DNA of 60,728 nt from an uncultured Candidatus Peribacteria bacterium (GCA_964547365.1 CAZJMP010000001.1:1-60728), one strand, 5' to 3'; shown: positions 29,429-42,569, numbered from the stretch's first letter. Notes: generated by a model from the sequence alone, not told the origin. Translations and numbers: made by a program.

Positions 29429-32400
29429 ATGTTTGGGAAACTCATCAATTTGATAGCTGGTGATTATAATCAGAAACAGCTCAATAAACTCCGACCTATG
29501 GTAAAAAAGATAAACGAATTTTTTGTTGAATTTGATTCGCTTTCTGATGAACAAATCAAAGCTAAGACTCAGGAATTCAAAGACAGACTCGCAAAAGGCG
29601 ATACTTTGGATGATCTTTTGCCTGAAGCATTCGCTACGGTAAAACAGGCCTGCAAGAGAATGGTGGGTTCAGAAGTTGAAGTAAAATGAGAAAAACTCAT
29701 CCGAAATATGGTTCCTTATGATGTTCAGATGTTATGAGGTATCATATTACATAAATGAATCATCGCTGAGATGAAAACCTGAGAAGGAAAGACATTGGTT
29801 GCAGTCGCTCCTGTCTATCTCAATGCGTTATCTGGTAAATGAGTCCATGTCGTTACGGTCAATGATTATCTTGCTTCTCGTGATGCACAATGGATGGGAC
29901 ATGTCTACAATCGATTGGGACTTAGTTGTGGTTGTGTGACCAAGACAGTTTCTTTGCAAAAAAGAAGAGAGGAATATGCAAAAGATATCACGTACATTGA
30001 AAATTCAGAACTTGGATTTGATTATTTGAGAGATAACCTTGTAAAATCTATGAATGATAGATCTCTTGTCTGGAGACCTCTCAATTATGCTATCGTCGAT
30101 GAAATCGATAGTATCTTGATTGATGAAGCAAGAACTCCGCTGATTATTTCTGAGCCCAATGCTGAAGCTACCGATAAATATATCTACTATGCTCAGATAG
30201 CTAGAGGTTTGACTCCTTGCACAAGCAAGAAAAAAGTATCTAAGTGATTGCTACAAGAATTGCTGACTGAAGGAAAATCTGGAAAAGATCAAGAAGAAGA
30301 TGGAGATTATTATATTGATGAAAAAACAAAGACTGCTGCGCTCAGTGGAAGAGGTATCGCAAAGTTGGAGGAGATCCTTAAGGTAGAGAATCTCTACAAG
30401 GATTTGTGATACGAAGAGATTCATCATATCGAGAATGCTCTTCGTGCACAAGCTGTCTATGAAAAAGACAAAGAATATATCGTCAAGGATAATGAAGTCT
30501 TGATCGTTGATGAACATACAGGTCGTACGATGCCAGGAAGAAGATTTTCAGAATGATTGCATCAAGCTATCGAAGCAAAAGAGTGAGTCAGAATACAAAG
30601 AGAATCTAAGACGTTAGCTACCATTACGTACCAGAATTTCTTCAAACAATACAATAAGCTTTGTGGAATGACAGGAACTGCATTGACAGAGGGAGAGGAG
30701 TTTGAGAAAATTTATGAACTTTCTGTTTTGGAAGCTCCTACCAATAAGCCTACTATCAGAGTCGATAGAAATGATAAGGTCTATTACAATGAGTCTGTTA
30801 AATGGAAATTCGTCAAACAACATATCCAATTCGCTCATGAAATAGGACAGCCTATCTTGATTGGTACTGCGAATATCGCGACATCAGAATATGTTTCCAG
30901 AATGTTGGAAAAAGATGCTATCACGCATTATGTCTTGAATGCAAAGTTCCATGAACAAGAAGCGCATATCGTTTCCCAGGCCGGAAAATTCAAGAGTGTA
31001 GTCGTCGCTACCAATATGGCCGGTAGAGGAACGGATATCAAGCTTGAACAATGACTCAATGAAAAACTCGCTGATAATTATGCAAAACGGGTCAAAAAAC
31101 AGATCGTTACTGAGAAGAAATGAGTGTCTGTAGATATCTATTCGTCTGTGGAATTCGAACTTACTATGGATGGTATCAGGCGTGTTTTGGGTATGAGCGA
31201 TGAGTTGATCAGACAAGCCGAAAGCGATCGAGTGAGCCATGATGGCATTATGATGAAAATAAGATTCAATAGGAGCAAAAAAACAAATACCGACGCGTTT
31301 GTAGAGATATTCTTCAAACCTGCTGAAGGTGAAGCAAAAGAAACGCTTGAACAAGATTTCCATTATGGACTTTTCATCCTCGGTACGGAAAAACATGAAT
31401 CAAGGAGAATTGACAATCAGCTCAGAGGCCGTGCCGGTAGACAAGGAGATCCTGGTGTCTCTGTCTTTTTCGTCGCACTTGACGATCTTATCATGCGTAA
31501 GATGTGAGGAGAAAGAATTCAAGGCATTGCAGCAATGCTTCTTGGTAAGACAGAATTGGAAAACTTAGAGCTTACGCAAAGCCAATTCACTAGTTCTATC
31601 GTCAGATCACAGAAACAGATGGAAGGACGGCATTTTGGTATCAGAAAACACTTATTCGATTATGATAGCGTCATCAATAAACAAAGACAAGCAATCTACA
31701 AGAAGAGAGATGATATCCTAGCTAGTGAGACTGATGAAGAGATGAGAAAATATCTTGTCGAGACGATTAAACTTGAGATACAGGAAAATATGGATGATAT
31801 TGTCAGCAAACAAATAGCTAATGCTCAGACACTCGAACAATCTCCTGCACAATTCCTTCGTGTCATGGACAAGGAATTCTCTTTGAAACTTGAACATAAA
31901 CAATTCCAGATATTCGAAGAAATGACTTTTGATAAGCTTCAAATCGAGCTTTCGCTCTTTATGCTGGAACAGCTCAAGGCAAAATTCGCGATGATGGATG
32001 TAAATAAACTTTATCAGATCTTCAAGGATGTCTATCTCTATCATTTGGATACTTTACGGGTGAAACATCTCGATGAGATGGAGTATCTCAGAGATAAAGT
32101 AGGATTGATGTGATATGCACAGCTTGATCCGTTGATTGTTTACAAAGCAGAAGCCTATGATAAATTCCAGACGTTGCTTTATAGATTAAAGTTTGACGTG
32201 ACGGCATATATTGTCGGTATCGATTTTTCTATGCTTCAGCAGCCAGCTCCGCAGATTATAGAAGTCGGTTCCCAGAGCGAGGCTGAATATCTCAAAATGT
32301 TGCAAAAGGTCGGTTCTGAGATGAAAGATGTACAGATCCAACAACCTCAACCAGCTCCTCAAAAGGTAGTCTATGAAAATACTGATGGTTTTGAGATCTT

Positions 32401-32545
32401 TGAAGTGGATGATAAAAATCAACCGAAATGAACTCCTCAGGTGTTCGATGAACCTATGATTCCGCAGCCAGGAGGCAAGGCAAGACCTAATGATCCATGT
32501 CCATGCGGCTCCGGCAAGAAATACAAGAAATGCTGCGGTGCTTAA
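29429..32545 (+). CDS. secA: Preprotein translocase ATPase SecA (1038 aa)
   Basis: MKT[G][74 protein letters not shown]-terminal Zn motif [14 protein letters not shown]. Six track ORFs lie in one frame. Confidence 0.97.
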
Positions 32546-32609
32546 TATATGTTTTTGTAAGGGGCGGTTGTGAAACCGTCCCCTACCTTATATGCTAAAT
32601 TGTTTGTGT

Positions 32610-33797
32610 ATGGAATATTCTATTTTCTGATGTAGACTCAATAAATATTACCTCAATCAATGGCTCGACTATTTCCGCAGCCATGATTTTGTTGGTAATC
32701 CATATTTAATTACTACATGTGAAGTGACGGATAGAGCAAAGCAGAAGTGGGTTAAACTAGCCAAGAAAAAATTAACCGAATGATATCATATCTATATTAC
32801 CGGTTGTGGCTCATTGAAGAGAGGAAAAAAAATATCTGAAAAAATCTTCTATGAAATATATCCTGACCTGCTTCCTTTTTCTGATTCGATTACGTTGCTG
32901 GGCGAATATCCTGAGCGTACCTCTGCGTTCGATGCTTCGAAATCAAAAGAGAATATCTATACGAAAAAATATGTTGTTATCCAAAATGGTTGTGATAATT
33001 ACTGTTCCTTTTGTTTGACTGTCCACAAAAGGGGAGTGCATATCACGAGACCGCTTGACGATATTGTCGCTGAAATCAATCAATTTATTCAGTCTTGAGG
33101 TAAGGAAATCGTCCTTACGTGAGTGAATATCGCTGCGCGATGATGCAGCAATTCAACCAAATCGAATGAATCCCAGTTTGCATTCCTGTTGAAAAATATC
33201 TTAGAGAAGACAACAATCCAAAGAATAAGATTATCATCCCTTGGGCCTGAATACTTGGATGATGAATTCTTTGAAGTAATAAAGAATTCAAGGATTATCC
33301 CGCATTTCCATCTGTCTATCCAGAGTTTTTCGGACTGAGTATTGCAACGTATGAAGAGAAATTATAATTATGAAACACTAGGTAGAGTGCTTAGAAAAAT
33401 TCGTTCATTGAAAAGAGATGTCCCTGTATCCATAGGCGCTGATATTATTGTCGGTTTCCCTGGTGAAACGGAAAAAGAATTCCAAGAGACAGAAGCATGA
33501 CTAAAAAAATATATGGTAAATAAAGTACATTTATTTCCGTTTTCTGACCATCATACCTGAGAAAAAATCACGGCTTCATTACTTCCTGATCAGATAGATG
33601 CCGTGACCAAGAAACGCAGAGAAAAAGAGTTGAAAAAAATAGCCGATGGTCTCGCAGAGGAATTTCGTCAGCTTAATATTGGTATCGAACATTCTGTGTT
33701 AGTCGAGTGAAGATGATCGGGCTGGACTGAGAATTATCTCAAGGTTTCCGTAGATCCGAAGCACAAAAGAGGGGATATTATTCAGATTGTTTTCTAG
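32610..33797 (+). CDS. MiaB/MtaB-family radical SAM methylthiotransferase
   Basis: N-terminal FGCRLN, ITTCEVT, ITGC. Radical SAM CDNYCSFC. GADIIVGFPGETE. TRAM-like C-terminus. Confidence 0.8.
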
Positions 33798-35815
33798 TTT
33801 TCTAGATCGATAGTTCTCAAAATTTCCAAAGCTTTCGCAATAGTCTGTTCCTGTTTCTGATACTCCAATCGGACACACATTTTGCTGATGATCCTGATTA
33901 CCAGGCATGCATTGAAAATGCGCTTATCCACTTTTTTATTGCTGCCTTCTTCATATCATTCCCGAAGAGATTTGCTAAGAGGTCCTTTGTCGCCGACCAT
34001 ATTTTTCCCTAAGAGGATATGGAGCTGGACAGCTGCAAGATCGAGCAATGGATGGTCGATTTTCAAGTTCGGATCAAATACGGTTATAGGTTCTGTGAGC
34101 ATCAAGTTATCTAATCGTGGATCCTCATGATTGAGCGATGGTTTTAGTCCTCATTCGAATTCTTTCTCGACGATTTGGATGGCTTGGTGTAATTTCTCTT
34201 GCTCATTTTCCCCCATGATGCCTTTTTTTGTGAGTTTTTTCACCCAGCGCTTCTCAAATGCAGTGTAGTAATCTTCCATAATATCATTTTCTCCTATAGC
34301 CATTTTACCATCTATCTTTTTCAGTCGACCGAATCATTCTCCTTGTATCTGAGATATTTTTCAGATAGCCATTCCTATCTCTTTGACAATCTCCTGTTCA
34401 TTGTCTTTATCCAGTTTTCTTGTCGGCTTGACAAATTCCATTATGGAGTAGGGAAATTCCATTCCATTGAATTCCATGACGTCCATTTTGTAGATTTTCG
34501 GCGTTTTTACTCCTATATCTCTCCGCATATCCAGCGCTTTGGCTTCGATATGCACTTTATGATCTATCATTCCTGGAAAATCGCTGCATGATTTGAAGAC
34601 ATATTCTTTTCCATCATCGGTTACGATCTTAGCCACCACAGACATCACTCATTCTGTGAATATGTGGTAATCCTTGATCTTTCCTAGACCGAAAACATCT
34701 TTCCCTATAATATCTTCTAGGAATTTTTCTATATTTTTCCTGAATTCCATCTCTTTTTTATCTAGATGCTCGTGCTCGACTATTTTCTTGTTGGATGATT
34801 CTATTACCTCATAATCTTTGAAATAGATGGTCATAGGATGGCCGTTTTTTTCATCTTCTTTGGCTTGTTCTATGGCTGAGATATCTTGTTCCAGATTTTC
34901 GTTTGGCTCCTTTTCGTTACTTTTTCTGAAAACATTGATACCATAATCATAATTATCTCTATAGAGGCCGAACTTGAAATATGCTGTATTCTTTCGAATT
35001 TCTGGATGATTTGCGCTTGACGCTAATGGTCCATGATACTCGTCTTTTTCTATTTTGTCGGGATTTTTCAATGGTATTGCTTTCCCATTCATGGTGATTC
35101 TCAGATATCCATCATCCTTTCCTGAAAATTTGAATGTGTATTCCATCTCTGTTCGTTTCCCTAATATTTTTTTCACTGGTATCTCGCCTATTATTGTTGC
35201 TCATTTTTTCCCTTCTATGTCTCAGCTTGTGTTGATGTAAAACTGCATTTTCCCTCTTTTGAGCTTTTGTGCTAGGAATGGATTCTGTGATGCTCATTTT
35301 ATATCGGTATGCTGTTTCCATTGTCCGATTACTAATCTATTTGCTGTCAAAGGAAATTCTTCGGGTATCATGAATTTGAATTTGCAGGTATATTCCTTTC
35401 CAATCTCTATCTTTTCTTTATCTTGGATCTCTGTCCTTTCTGATGCTTTCTTATCGCCTAAGTTCGCTATCTCCCTTTCTTTGTCTTCATCGGTAAATCG
35501 TTGATGGTTGTTGACTTGGAGTATATCTCCTCTTTTTATCATCATCTTAAATGTCCCATCCTTTTCTATAGTTACTCTGTCCGGCTCTGTTTTGTCGAAT
35601 TGCCGTGTTGTTTTCCCTATAATCATTTCGGGTTTATCACCTCATTTCCTTCCTCTTGCTATATTCCCTCTCTTGTACTCGGCAATCTTATCTTGTAACC
35701 GTTGGTTCGGATTCTGTCATAAGTTTTCTAATTCTTCTTTTTTGATGGTAGCAGTAAATTCTCCTGTCTTATCAGGTAATTTTCATTTTGGTCATGTAGT
35801 TGGCGTATCGATCAT
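33794..35815 (-). CDS. Fusion ORF (673 aa): N-terminal polysaccharide-lyase-like jelly-roll domain plus C-terminal APH/choline-kinase-like phosphotransferase domain
   Basis: Track ORFs 35294..35626, 34649..35176 and 34361..34648 plus extensions lie in one frame. VIGQWKQH, YLRITMNGK, AYFKFGLYRDNYDYG (PF14099-like pattern). C-terminal HEDPRLDNLML (HxDxxxxN) and VFDP. Confidence 0.55.
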
Positions 35816-35835
35816 TTTATCTCTCTATGATAAAC

Positions 35836-38800
35836 TTATGCAGCAGGTGTAGCTGGTGGAGGTACTTGTATTGTAGGAGCCTGCTGTGGAGTAGGTTGAG
35901 CTGTCGGTGCTGAAACAGCTGTTTCTTCTGATCTTTTTTCCGTTATCGGTACGTGCGGTGCTTCCAATTTCGGTTGAATCGCTGCGACTTTCTCTGCTTC
36001 CGCTGCGGCTATTTTTTCCGCTTCCGTCTGTTCAGGCAGTTTAGTCTCATCCGTAGTTATGCCCAATCTCGCTTCCATCTCTGCATCTACGAATTCTCTC
36101 TTCCTTCCATATTTTTTTGCTGAATATTCTTTGAGGATAGGTACAATTTTTTTGTTCTGATAATCTTTGGTATAGATCATATTCATGCTGAATGCACGTG
36201 TAGTTGCGTTATCGATATTTAATTTGATATATGCTTTATAGTTCGCGATACCTACGATATCTTCCTGTGAAAGCACTGGTGCATATTCTTTTTCCAAGAA
36301 TTCCGCATCGGGTGCACCCACTTTGAATGATTGCATCGTACCCACGTTACCGAATACCGCTGCTTTAACATCGTTTTTTCCTCCTCCTACATCGCCCAAT
36401 CATTTTGGCGGTTCGAGCTGAGCGATATATTGGTGAGCCATGATGAGTGAAAGTCTGTATTTTCTCGCTTCTGAGAGGATATCTGCGAATGTTCCCGAAA
36501 CGAAGTTCTGGAATTCATCCACATAGAGAAAAAAGTCTTTTCTATCTTTTTCTTCCATTCTCGCTCTTGCCATTGCTGCGGTATAGATTTTTGATACGAT
36601 GATCATACCAAGCAAGTTCGCGTTCAATTCACCGATCTTACCTTTGCTGAGATTGATGATGAGAACTTTTTTGTTGTCCATCACGTCTTCAAATTTGAAA
36701 GCTGATTTTGTCTGTCCGATGATGTTCCTGATCAATCTATTCGTATTGAACGATACAAATTTTGCTGAGAAGTATGGGATGATCTCTTGTTTCTCTCTGT
36801 CTCCCATAGCATTGAATGTTCTATCCCGCCGATTCTTTACGGTAGGGTTCGTTATCTTTTTGATCTTGTATTCCCTATATCATTCATCCGTGAAGAGTCT
36901 TACAACATCCAAAAGCGTCGGTCTGTCCTCGAAGTCTTCAAGTAGTGTCAGTGATCAGTATTTGAAATATTCTTGCAATCTCGGACCGAAGATCTCTGGT
37001 CAGAACATTTTGATGAATATTTCTGTGGCATCATTGACGACTCTATCTGCCTCATCTAAGATATTGATTTCAAACATATTCAATCCCATAGGTCTTTCTT
37101 CATCGCCTGCATCAAAATAAATCACGTCTTTTGCTCTCTCTTTTGGAATATATGCCAGCATATCTTCCGCGAGATCTCCATGCGGATCTATTAGACAAAT
37201 TCCATCTCCATTTCGTATATCTTGTCTCGCTATCGTCTGCAAAAATACGGATTTTCAGGTACCTGATTTTCCTATACAGTAATGATGTCTCATCCTATCA
37301 TCTCTTTTCATATAGACGGGTGAGAGCGTATTTCTGAAGATATTCGTTCCTATGAGGATCGCATCTTTGAAAAGCTTATATCCTAGACCTTTTTTTTGTA
37401 CTACCGTTTTTACGAATTTCTTTCCATCTTTTTCGATGATCTCTTTCCCGATGAGATCTTTTTCTGTATATTTCTCTATCGGATCAAGAATTTCTTCGTT
37501 GCGCATTATTTCGCCGGTTGCTCGATGCTTGCTGTATTCCTGGAGAATGATATCAAGTTTACCTCATTTGTAACTTTCTGCCAATACTCCTCACATAACA
37601 TAACCATTCGCTTCTTTAGGAATAGGAAGATTCTCAGGAGCAGGAAGTACCTTGTATTGCATCCAAGAAATGATAGGAGAACGGTTATATGTTGCATCAG
37701 GGAAATGAAATAATGATGTGAGTTCGTTTATTCCGAAAGTGTTTTTTTTGAATCAGAATCTTGTGATGAAATTATTTACTGCAACTTTCCATAATGGTTT
37801 CAAAAGCCATCAGAATAAGTCTGTTTTTCCTTGCGGTTCTATCAATTCATTTCCGTATTCGTCTCCGTAGATGGTTAACGAACTTACCACTAAATCCATA
37901 TTCTTCTCTAGATTTTCCTTTTCGTCGGAACTTGTGGTGATCAACATTCATGAATTGAAAAACGGTAGTGCTGATTCCTCTCCCATTGCATTGAGATAGT
38001 CTTCTTTTGCTTTGACCATACGCACCATGGTTACCGTTTCTTCTTCTTTCTTGTTGCTCAAGAGTTTTTCGCTCGGTCCATGGATGAGAAATCCTATGAG
38101 TTTCCATGGCATGATAAAATATGTCCATCGTGCATTGCTTGTTCCGCGAAGAGAAAGGTTCTTGTAAAGTCTATCTACTGCTTTTTGTGATTTTTTATTG
38201 AATCGATCTCCCAATGGTTTGATTGGAATGATAATGCTTAGGGTGTCATATCTTGAAATCTTTCCGATAGAATCGATGATATTGTTCATCGGATCATCCG
38301 GCTGCTGTTTGAAAGTCTTGATGTTGTAGAGCTGGTCTCTTTTTGGTTCTATAGGTATCACATCTGTATATCTTTTTTTGAAAAATTTTGGTTTGCTTGT
38401 CCTTTCTATCGAGCAATTAGGGAATTGCGCTGAAATAGCTCCTTCTAGCACTTGTTGATATTCTGGATACGTTCCTATGATAAAGTTGAGCTGTCATTCT
38501 TCATAATGGTAAATCATTGTCGTTTTCGGTTTATCGAAAATCTTTCTCATCAGATTCTCTTTCATGCTAAGTGCTCAGATTTTATGAAAATTGTGAAATA
38601 CCAACGCCATACGTCATATTTTTTCTTTCATGTCTTTTGCTAATTCTTTTTCTTGTTCACGGTCTAGTTTGCTTTGTCCTCTTGGAAGCAATATCTTGAG
38701 ATAAATAATCCTTCACGAATTGAAAACGTCGTAGAAGAATCTCAGCATATTCTTGATGATAATAAGCAATATGAGTGTCCCTATTGTAATCAATACTCCG

Positions 38801-39150
38801 TTTAGCGCGTATTGTCCGTATTCTGTCACTATTGCTTTCCGTCCTGTTTCTGTGCTAGTACTTGCTGTCACTTGTGTTTCTTTTTGGTCTTTTTCGCTTG
38901 GTGTGGTTGTGAATCACGGTCCTGTCGTACTTACTGGAGGAGTATAGTTTTTATGTAATAGGAAATTCTTGATTTGTGTCGTACCTCCCATGAGTTGCAT
39001 ACAAGTAAGTTTATTGGTCCCTCGTGCATTGCTGGTCAATTGAGAAATATTCTCCAAGGCTGCTGGATTTTTATTGTATGCGTTCTGTATCTGTTGCTCA
39101 CACATTCCTAATTCCATACTTTGTTTAGCTGAAAGATTAAAGCCCGCCAT
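35836..39150 (-). CDS. VirD4/TraD-like coupling-type P-loop ATPase, membrane-anchored paralog (about 1104 aa)
   Basis: Seven track ORFs between 35836 and 39201 lie in one frame. TM helix NGVLITIGTLILLIII, YLKILLPRG.. N-domain, GKSGTGKS-type P-loop region, LIDPHGDL, YVDEFQNF, ARKYRLSLIMAHQ. Pro/Ala/Gln-rich tail. ATG at 39150 (alternative TTG at 39201). Confidence 0.75.
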
Positions 39151-39291
39151 GGCGGATAAACTTTTAAGCTTCAAGCTTGTGGCTTTTGGCTTATCAGTCA
39201 ATTATAGCCGGAAAAACTTCTTTTGTATAAAAAAAATGGCTTTTGGATGCTTGATCTAGGCCATTTTTTGTAAAATAGTATATAATAATGG

Positions 39292-40170
39292 TTATTTTTT
39301 GTCTTTAGTGCTCATGGTATTGTAGATTTCTTGTCGGAAATAAGCAAAAAATGCTCTGACGAAGGAACTGGAATATGCTCCAAAAAGGATTCCAAAGAAG
39401 AAAATCCCGTACACTGTCCATTTTACGCCTCCATATTGGATGATATTGAAGAGAATTGCGAGGTAGATCAGGATAATCGGAATAGCGTAAATAAGAATAA
39501 TGTTTAGGGAAAAATTAATCAGAAGAATAGTTTGTATTCTTACGTATTTGAAACTTTCTTTCATGTATTTTAAAGTGATGTCGCAACTTTGGACCAGCGC
39601 ATCATAGAGTCACTTTTTTTCCAGTGTCATGATATATCTGGTATATACTTTCAAGGCATTCACTATGCTCATTACACCGAATCGGATAAGTAATAACAGT
39701 ATCGTGCCATTACTATGCAATCCTCAGGAAACCATTATTTTGAGCACCGTCAGCCGATAAACGGTAGGGGAGAGGATCAACGAGATTATCCCGAATTCAA
39801 ACATCGGAAAAAAGTCATCCCTTCCTTTTTTGAGCGCTTCTCTGATGCTTTTTTTTTTGTCGTTGAGATAATGAATGATAGCAGACTGTCCTATGGGATA
39901 GATAATCGAATAGGCAATGAATAGGACGATCGCTATTCCGATAACTCGGCTGATGACATGATTGGTATTGATCTCTTGGACGAAAAATTCTGCCACCTTG
40001 CCTACATAAAGGCCATTTTCGTAGTTTTTTGCAAAGAGCGTGTTGATATTGAGCAAGATAAGCAGGCTCGCTATCAATGAATGGAAAAATGATGTCGCAA
40101 AGGTTAATCTGATGATTTTGCGGTCGTTTTTCATCTCTTCGATTGAATTTTTTACGATCGATTTTAGCAT
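39292..40170 (-). CDS. Polytopic membrane protein (292 aa)
   Basis: Track ORFs 39724..40170 and 39292..39564 are in frame and joined through TGA codons. At least 6 hydrophobic helices. Confidence 0.6.
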
Positions 40171-40217
40171 GTTCGGGTTTTACTGAAAACAGCTTGAGAG
40201 GCAATAGCATTTTATTT

Positions 40218-40259
40218 GAAAGCCTAAAGCTAAAAATTTAAAGCTTAACGTTCTAAGCA
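40218..40259. repeat. Heptamer repeat spacer, TAAAGCT variant
   Basis: gaaagcc taaagct aaaaatt taaagct taacgtt ctaagca. Confidence 0.7.
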
Positions 40260-40358
40260 TGAATTTCTATGTGTTTTCTAGCTTCTCATGTCTAATTCAT
40301 ATTGCAAGTTTTGAGCAAATCCATATATATTCTTTGCTTTATTTTTTGTGTAACCCAA

Positions 40359-40853
40359 ATGAGATTCATCAAAAGATTCATATTCATGGTGATCCTTTTA
40401 GTGATAGCGTTTTTTGCCTATCGTCTGATCAATCCTTCGTGAGCTACTTCATTGCTTTATGACCTTAAGTCTTTTGCTAATTCTAGCTTATGAACTAATT
40501 TTTCTTTGACGGAAGATGCACAAGTCGCTACCGGCGATATCTTGATAGATACGGGATTCGTTATCGATAATTCTTGAGCTCTTGAAGAGGTTTCTGATGA
40601 AGAATTGTTACTTGGGGATGTGGATCTTGTCGACACAACCATAGATACTGTTTCTATCGTTGATTCTTGAACTGACGTGCCTGTAACATGAACTATTGCC
40701 TCTCCGACGCCTTCAACGACAACTACGACGCCAAAGACTACGGTGACTACTCCAAAGACTACGGTGACCCCAAAAACTACTACGACATCAAACAACTGAC
40801 TTTCTAGTAAAGATATTCGCGATATGAAAAATCTTCTCGAAAATTTTCAATAA
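40359..40853 (+). CDS. Secreted or anchored Thr/Pro-rich hypothetical protein (164 aa)
   Basis: MRFIKRFIFMVILLVIAFFAY signal/anchor. TTTTTPKTTVTTPKTTVTPKTTTT tract. Confidence 0.5.
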
Positions 40854-40886
40854 TTGTTTTTTGTTTCTATTTATCTTATCATTTCT

Positions 40887-42305
40887 ATGAATTTAACACT
40901 CAAAACATATATCAACGACAAGAAACTTGTTGCTAAGGATGTCGTGAAAGGCTGCATGGAGAAAGCAAAAACATTGAATGCTGACTATTTTTCCTTTGTG
41001 AGATTCCATGATGACTATGTAGCTGCCCATCTCGACGAATTTGCTTCGAAACCGTTGAAGGCTGCACCTATTTGAATTAAGGACATTATTCTGACTCAAG
41101 AGTATATTACTTCATGCTGATCGAAAATACTTGAAGAGTATGTAAGTCCGTATAGCGCTACCTGTTTTTTGAACTTAGAGAAAAACGGAGGATTGATGAT
41201 CGGAAAAACGAATATGGACGAATTTGCGATGGGTTCCTCTACAGAAACATCATATTTCGGCAAGACGAAAAATATCTACGGAAAAGATAGAAGCCCTGGA
41301 TGAAGTTCTGGATGATCTGCGGTTGCTGTCGCTTCATGAGCGTGTTTAGCTGCATTGGGAACTGATACCTGAGGAAGCATTCGTCAGCCTGCTGCATGGT
41401 GCGGTATTGTCTGAATGAAGCCTACCTATGGTATGGTTTCTCGTTATGGCGTACAATCTATGGCTTCGAGTCTAGATCAAGTTGGTGTCTTTACGAACAC
41501 TGTTGAGGATGCAGAGATCTTATTGAAAGCCATAGCTGGATTCGATCCAAAAGATTCACAGAGTGATCCGAGAGCGGATGAATTTGTAAATTCAGAATTC
41601 AAAATTCAGAGTTCAGAGATAAAAAAATTTAAAGTTTGAGTGCCGAAAGAAGCATTAGGAGAATGATTAGACCCTCAAATAAAGGCATTATTTCTTGCAA
41701 CTATTGATAAACTTCGTGCAAACGATATTGTAGTCGACGATATCTCATTGCCGATGATGGCGTATGCTGTTCCCATGTATTATACTTTGATGCCTGCGGA
41801 AGTAAGTACGAATTTGGCGAGATTTGACGGTATCAAATACTGACTTCAGTCTGATAGCCTGAATGCTGATACTATACAAAAATATTATGAAAACATTAGA
41901 TCCGAATGATTTGGTGATGAGGTCAAGAGAAGGATATTGCTCGGTACTTTTGTTTTGAGCTCAGCTAACTATGAAGGATATTATCTCAAGGCTCAGAAGG
42001 CAAGAGAGGAGTTGCAGGCAGAGTTTGACAAAACATTTGCAAACTATGATATTATTCTTACACCTACTACACCTGAGGCAGCATGGAAGCTCGGTGCAAA
42101 AAATGACGATCCTTTGAAAATGTATTTAGCTGATATGTACACTATCCCTGCCAATATGGCGTGATTGCCAGCCATGTCTGTTCCTATGGGTATGGTTGAG
42201 GATCAAGGGGAAAAGCTACCTGCATGAATACAACTTATGGCAGATAAGCGAGCTGAGAGCAAGCTTTTCGGGTTTGGTTGTTATCTCGAAAAATTACTTG
42301 CGTAA
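40887..42305 (+). CDS. gatA: Glutamyl-tRNA(Gln) amidotransferase subunit A
   Basis: Amidase signature [18 protein letters not shown][G]SSG[G]SAVAVAS (TGA at 41301 and 41313), GTDT[G][17 protein letters not shown]. Confidence 0.95.
41588..41618. repeat. Heptamer array inside the gatA coding sequence
   Basis: aaattca gaattca aaattca gagttca gag encodes [11 protein letters not shown] in a variable GatA linker. Confidence 0.85.
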
Positions 42306-42327
42306 ACAAAAGAATTAATTACAACAT

Positions 42328-42399
42328 GGTCCGGTCGTTTAGTGGATAGGACACAACCCTGCGAAGGTTGTAACCCCGGTTCGACTCCGGGTCGGGCCG
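42328..42399 (+). tRNA. tRNA-Arg (anticodon GCG)
   Basis: Hand-folded cloverleaf: acceptor GGTCCGG/TCGGGCC, anticodon arm CAACC-CTGCGAA-GGTTG, T arm CCCGG-TTCGACT-CCGGG. Confidence 0.8.
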
Positions 42400-42411
42400 A
42401 ATGAATACTAT

Positions 42412-42473
42412 GGGTGATTAGCTCAGTTGGCTACCCCGCAGCGAGTGCGGGGCTCGTTCCACTCGGAGCGTTT
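42412..42473 (+). other. Pseudo-copy of the tRNA-Val 5' part (nt 1-30) with a 32-nt insertion in the D-loop
   Basis: GGGTGATTAGCTCAGTTGGCTA (identical to tRNA-Val 1-22), then 32 nt (42434-42465, containing hairpin ccccgca-gcgag-tgcgggg), then GAGCGTTT (tRNA-Val 23-30). The 5' leader tactat is also duplicated. Confidence 0.7.
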
Positions 42474-42492
42474 TGAAAGATTATATTACTAT

Positions 42493-42569
42493 GGGTGATT
42501 AGCTCAGTTGGCTAGAGCGTTTGCTTGACGTGCAAAAGGTCACAGGTTCGACTCCTGTATCACCCACCA
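42493..42569 (+). tRNA. tRNA-Val (anticodon GAC), CCA encoded
   Basis: GGGTGAT/ATCACCC acceptor, TTTGC-TTGACGT-GCAAA anticodon arm, ACAGG-TTCGACT-CCTGT T arm, ACCA 3' end. Confidence 0.9.

Noticed and set aside
33794-33797. Four-base overlap of the convergent stop codons of the radical SAM gene and the jelly-roll/kinase ORF as a regulatory feature
   Set aside because: Such overlaps are common in compact genomes, and there is no additional structure at the site.
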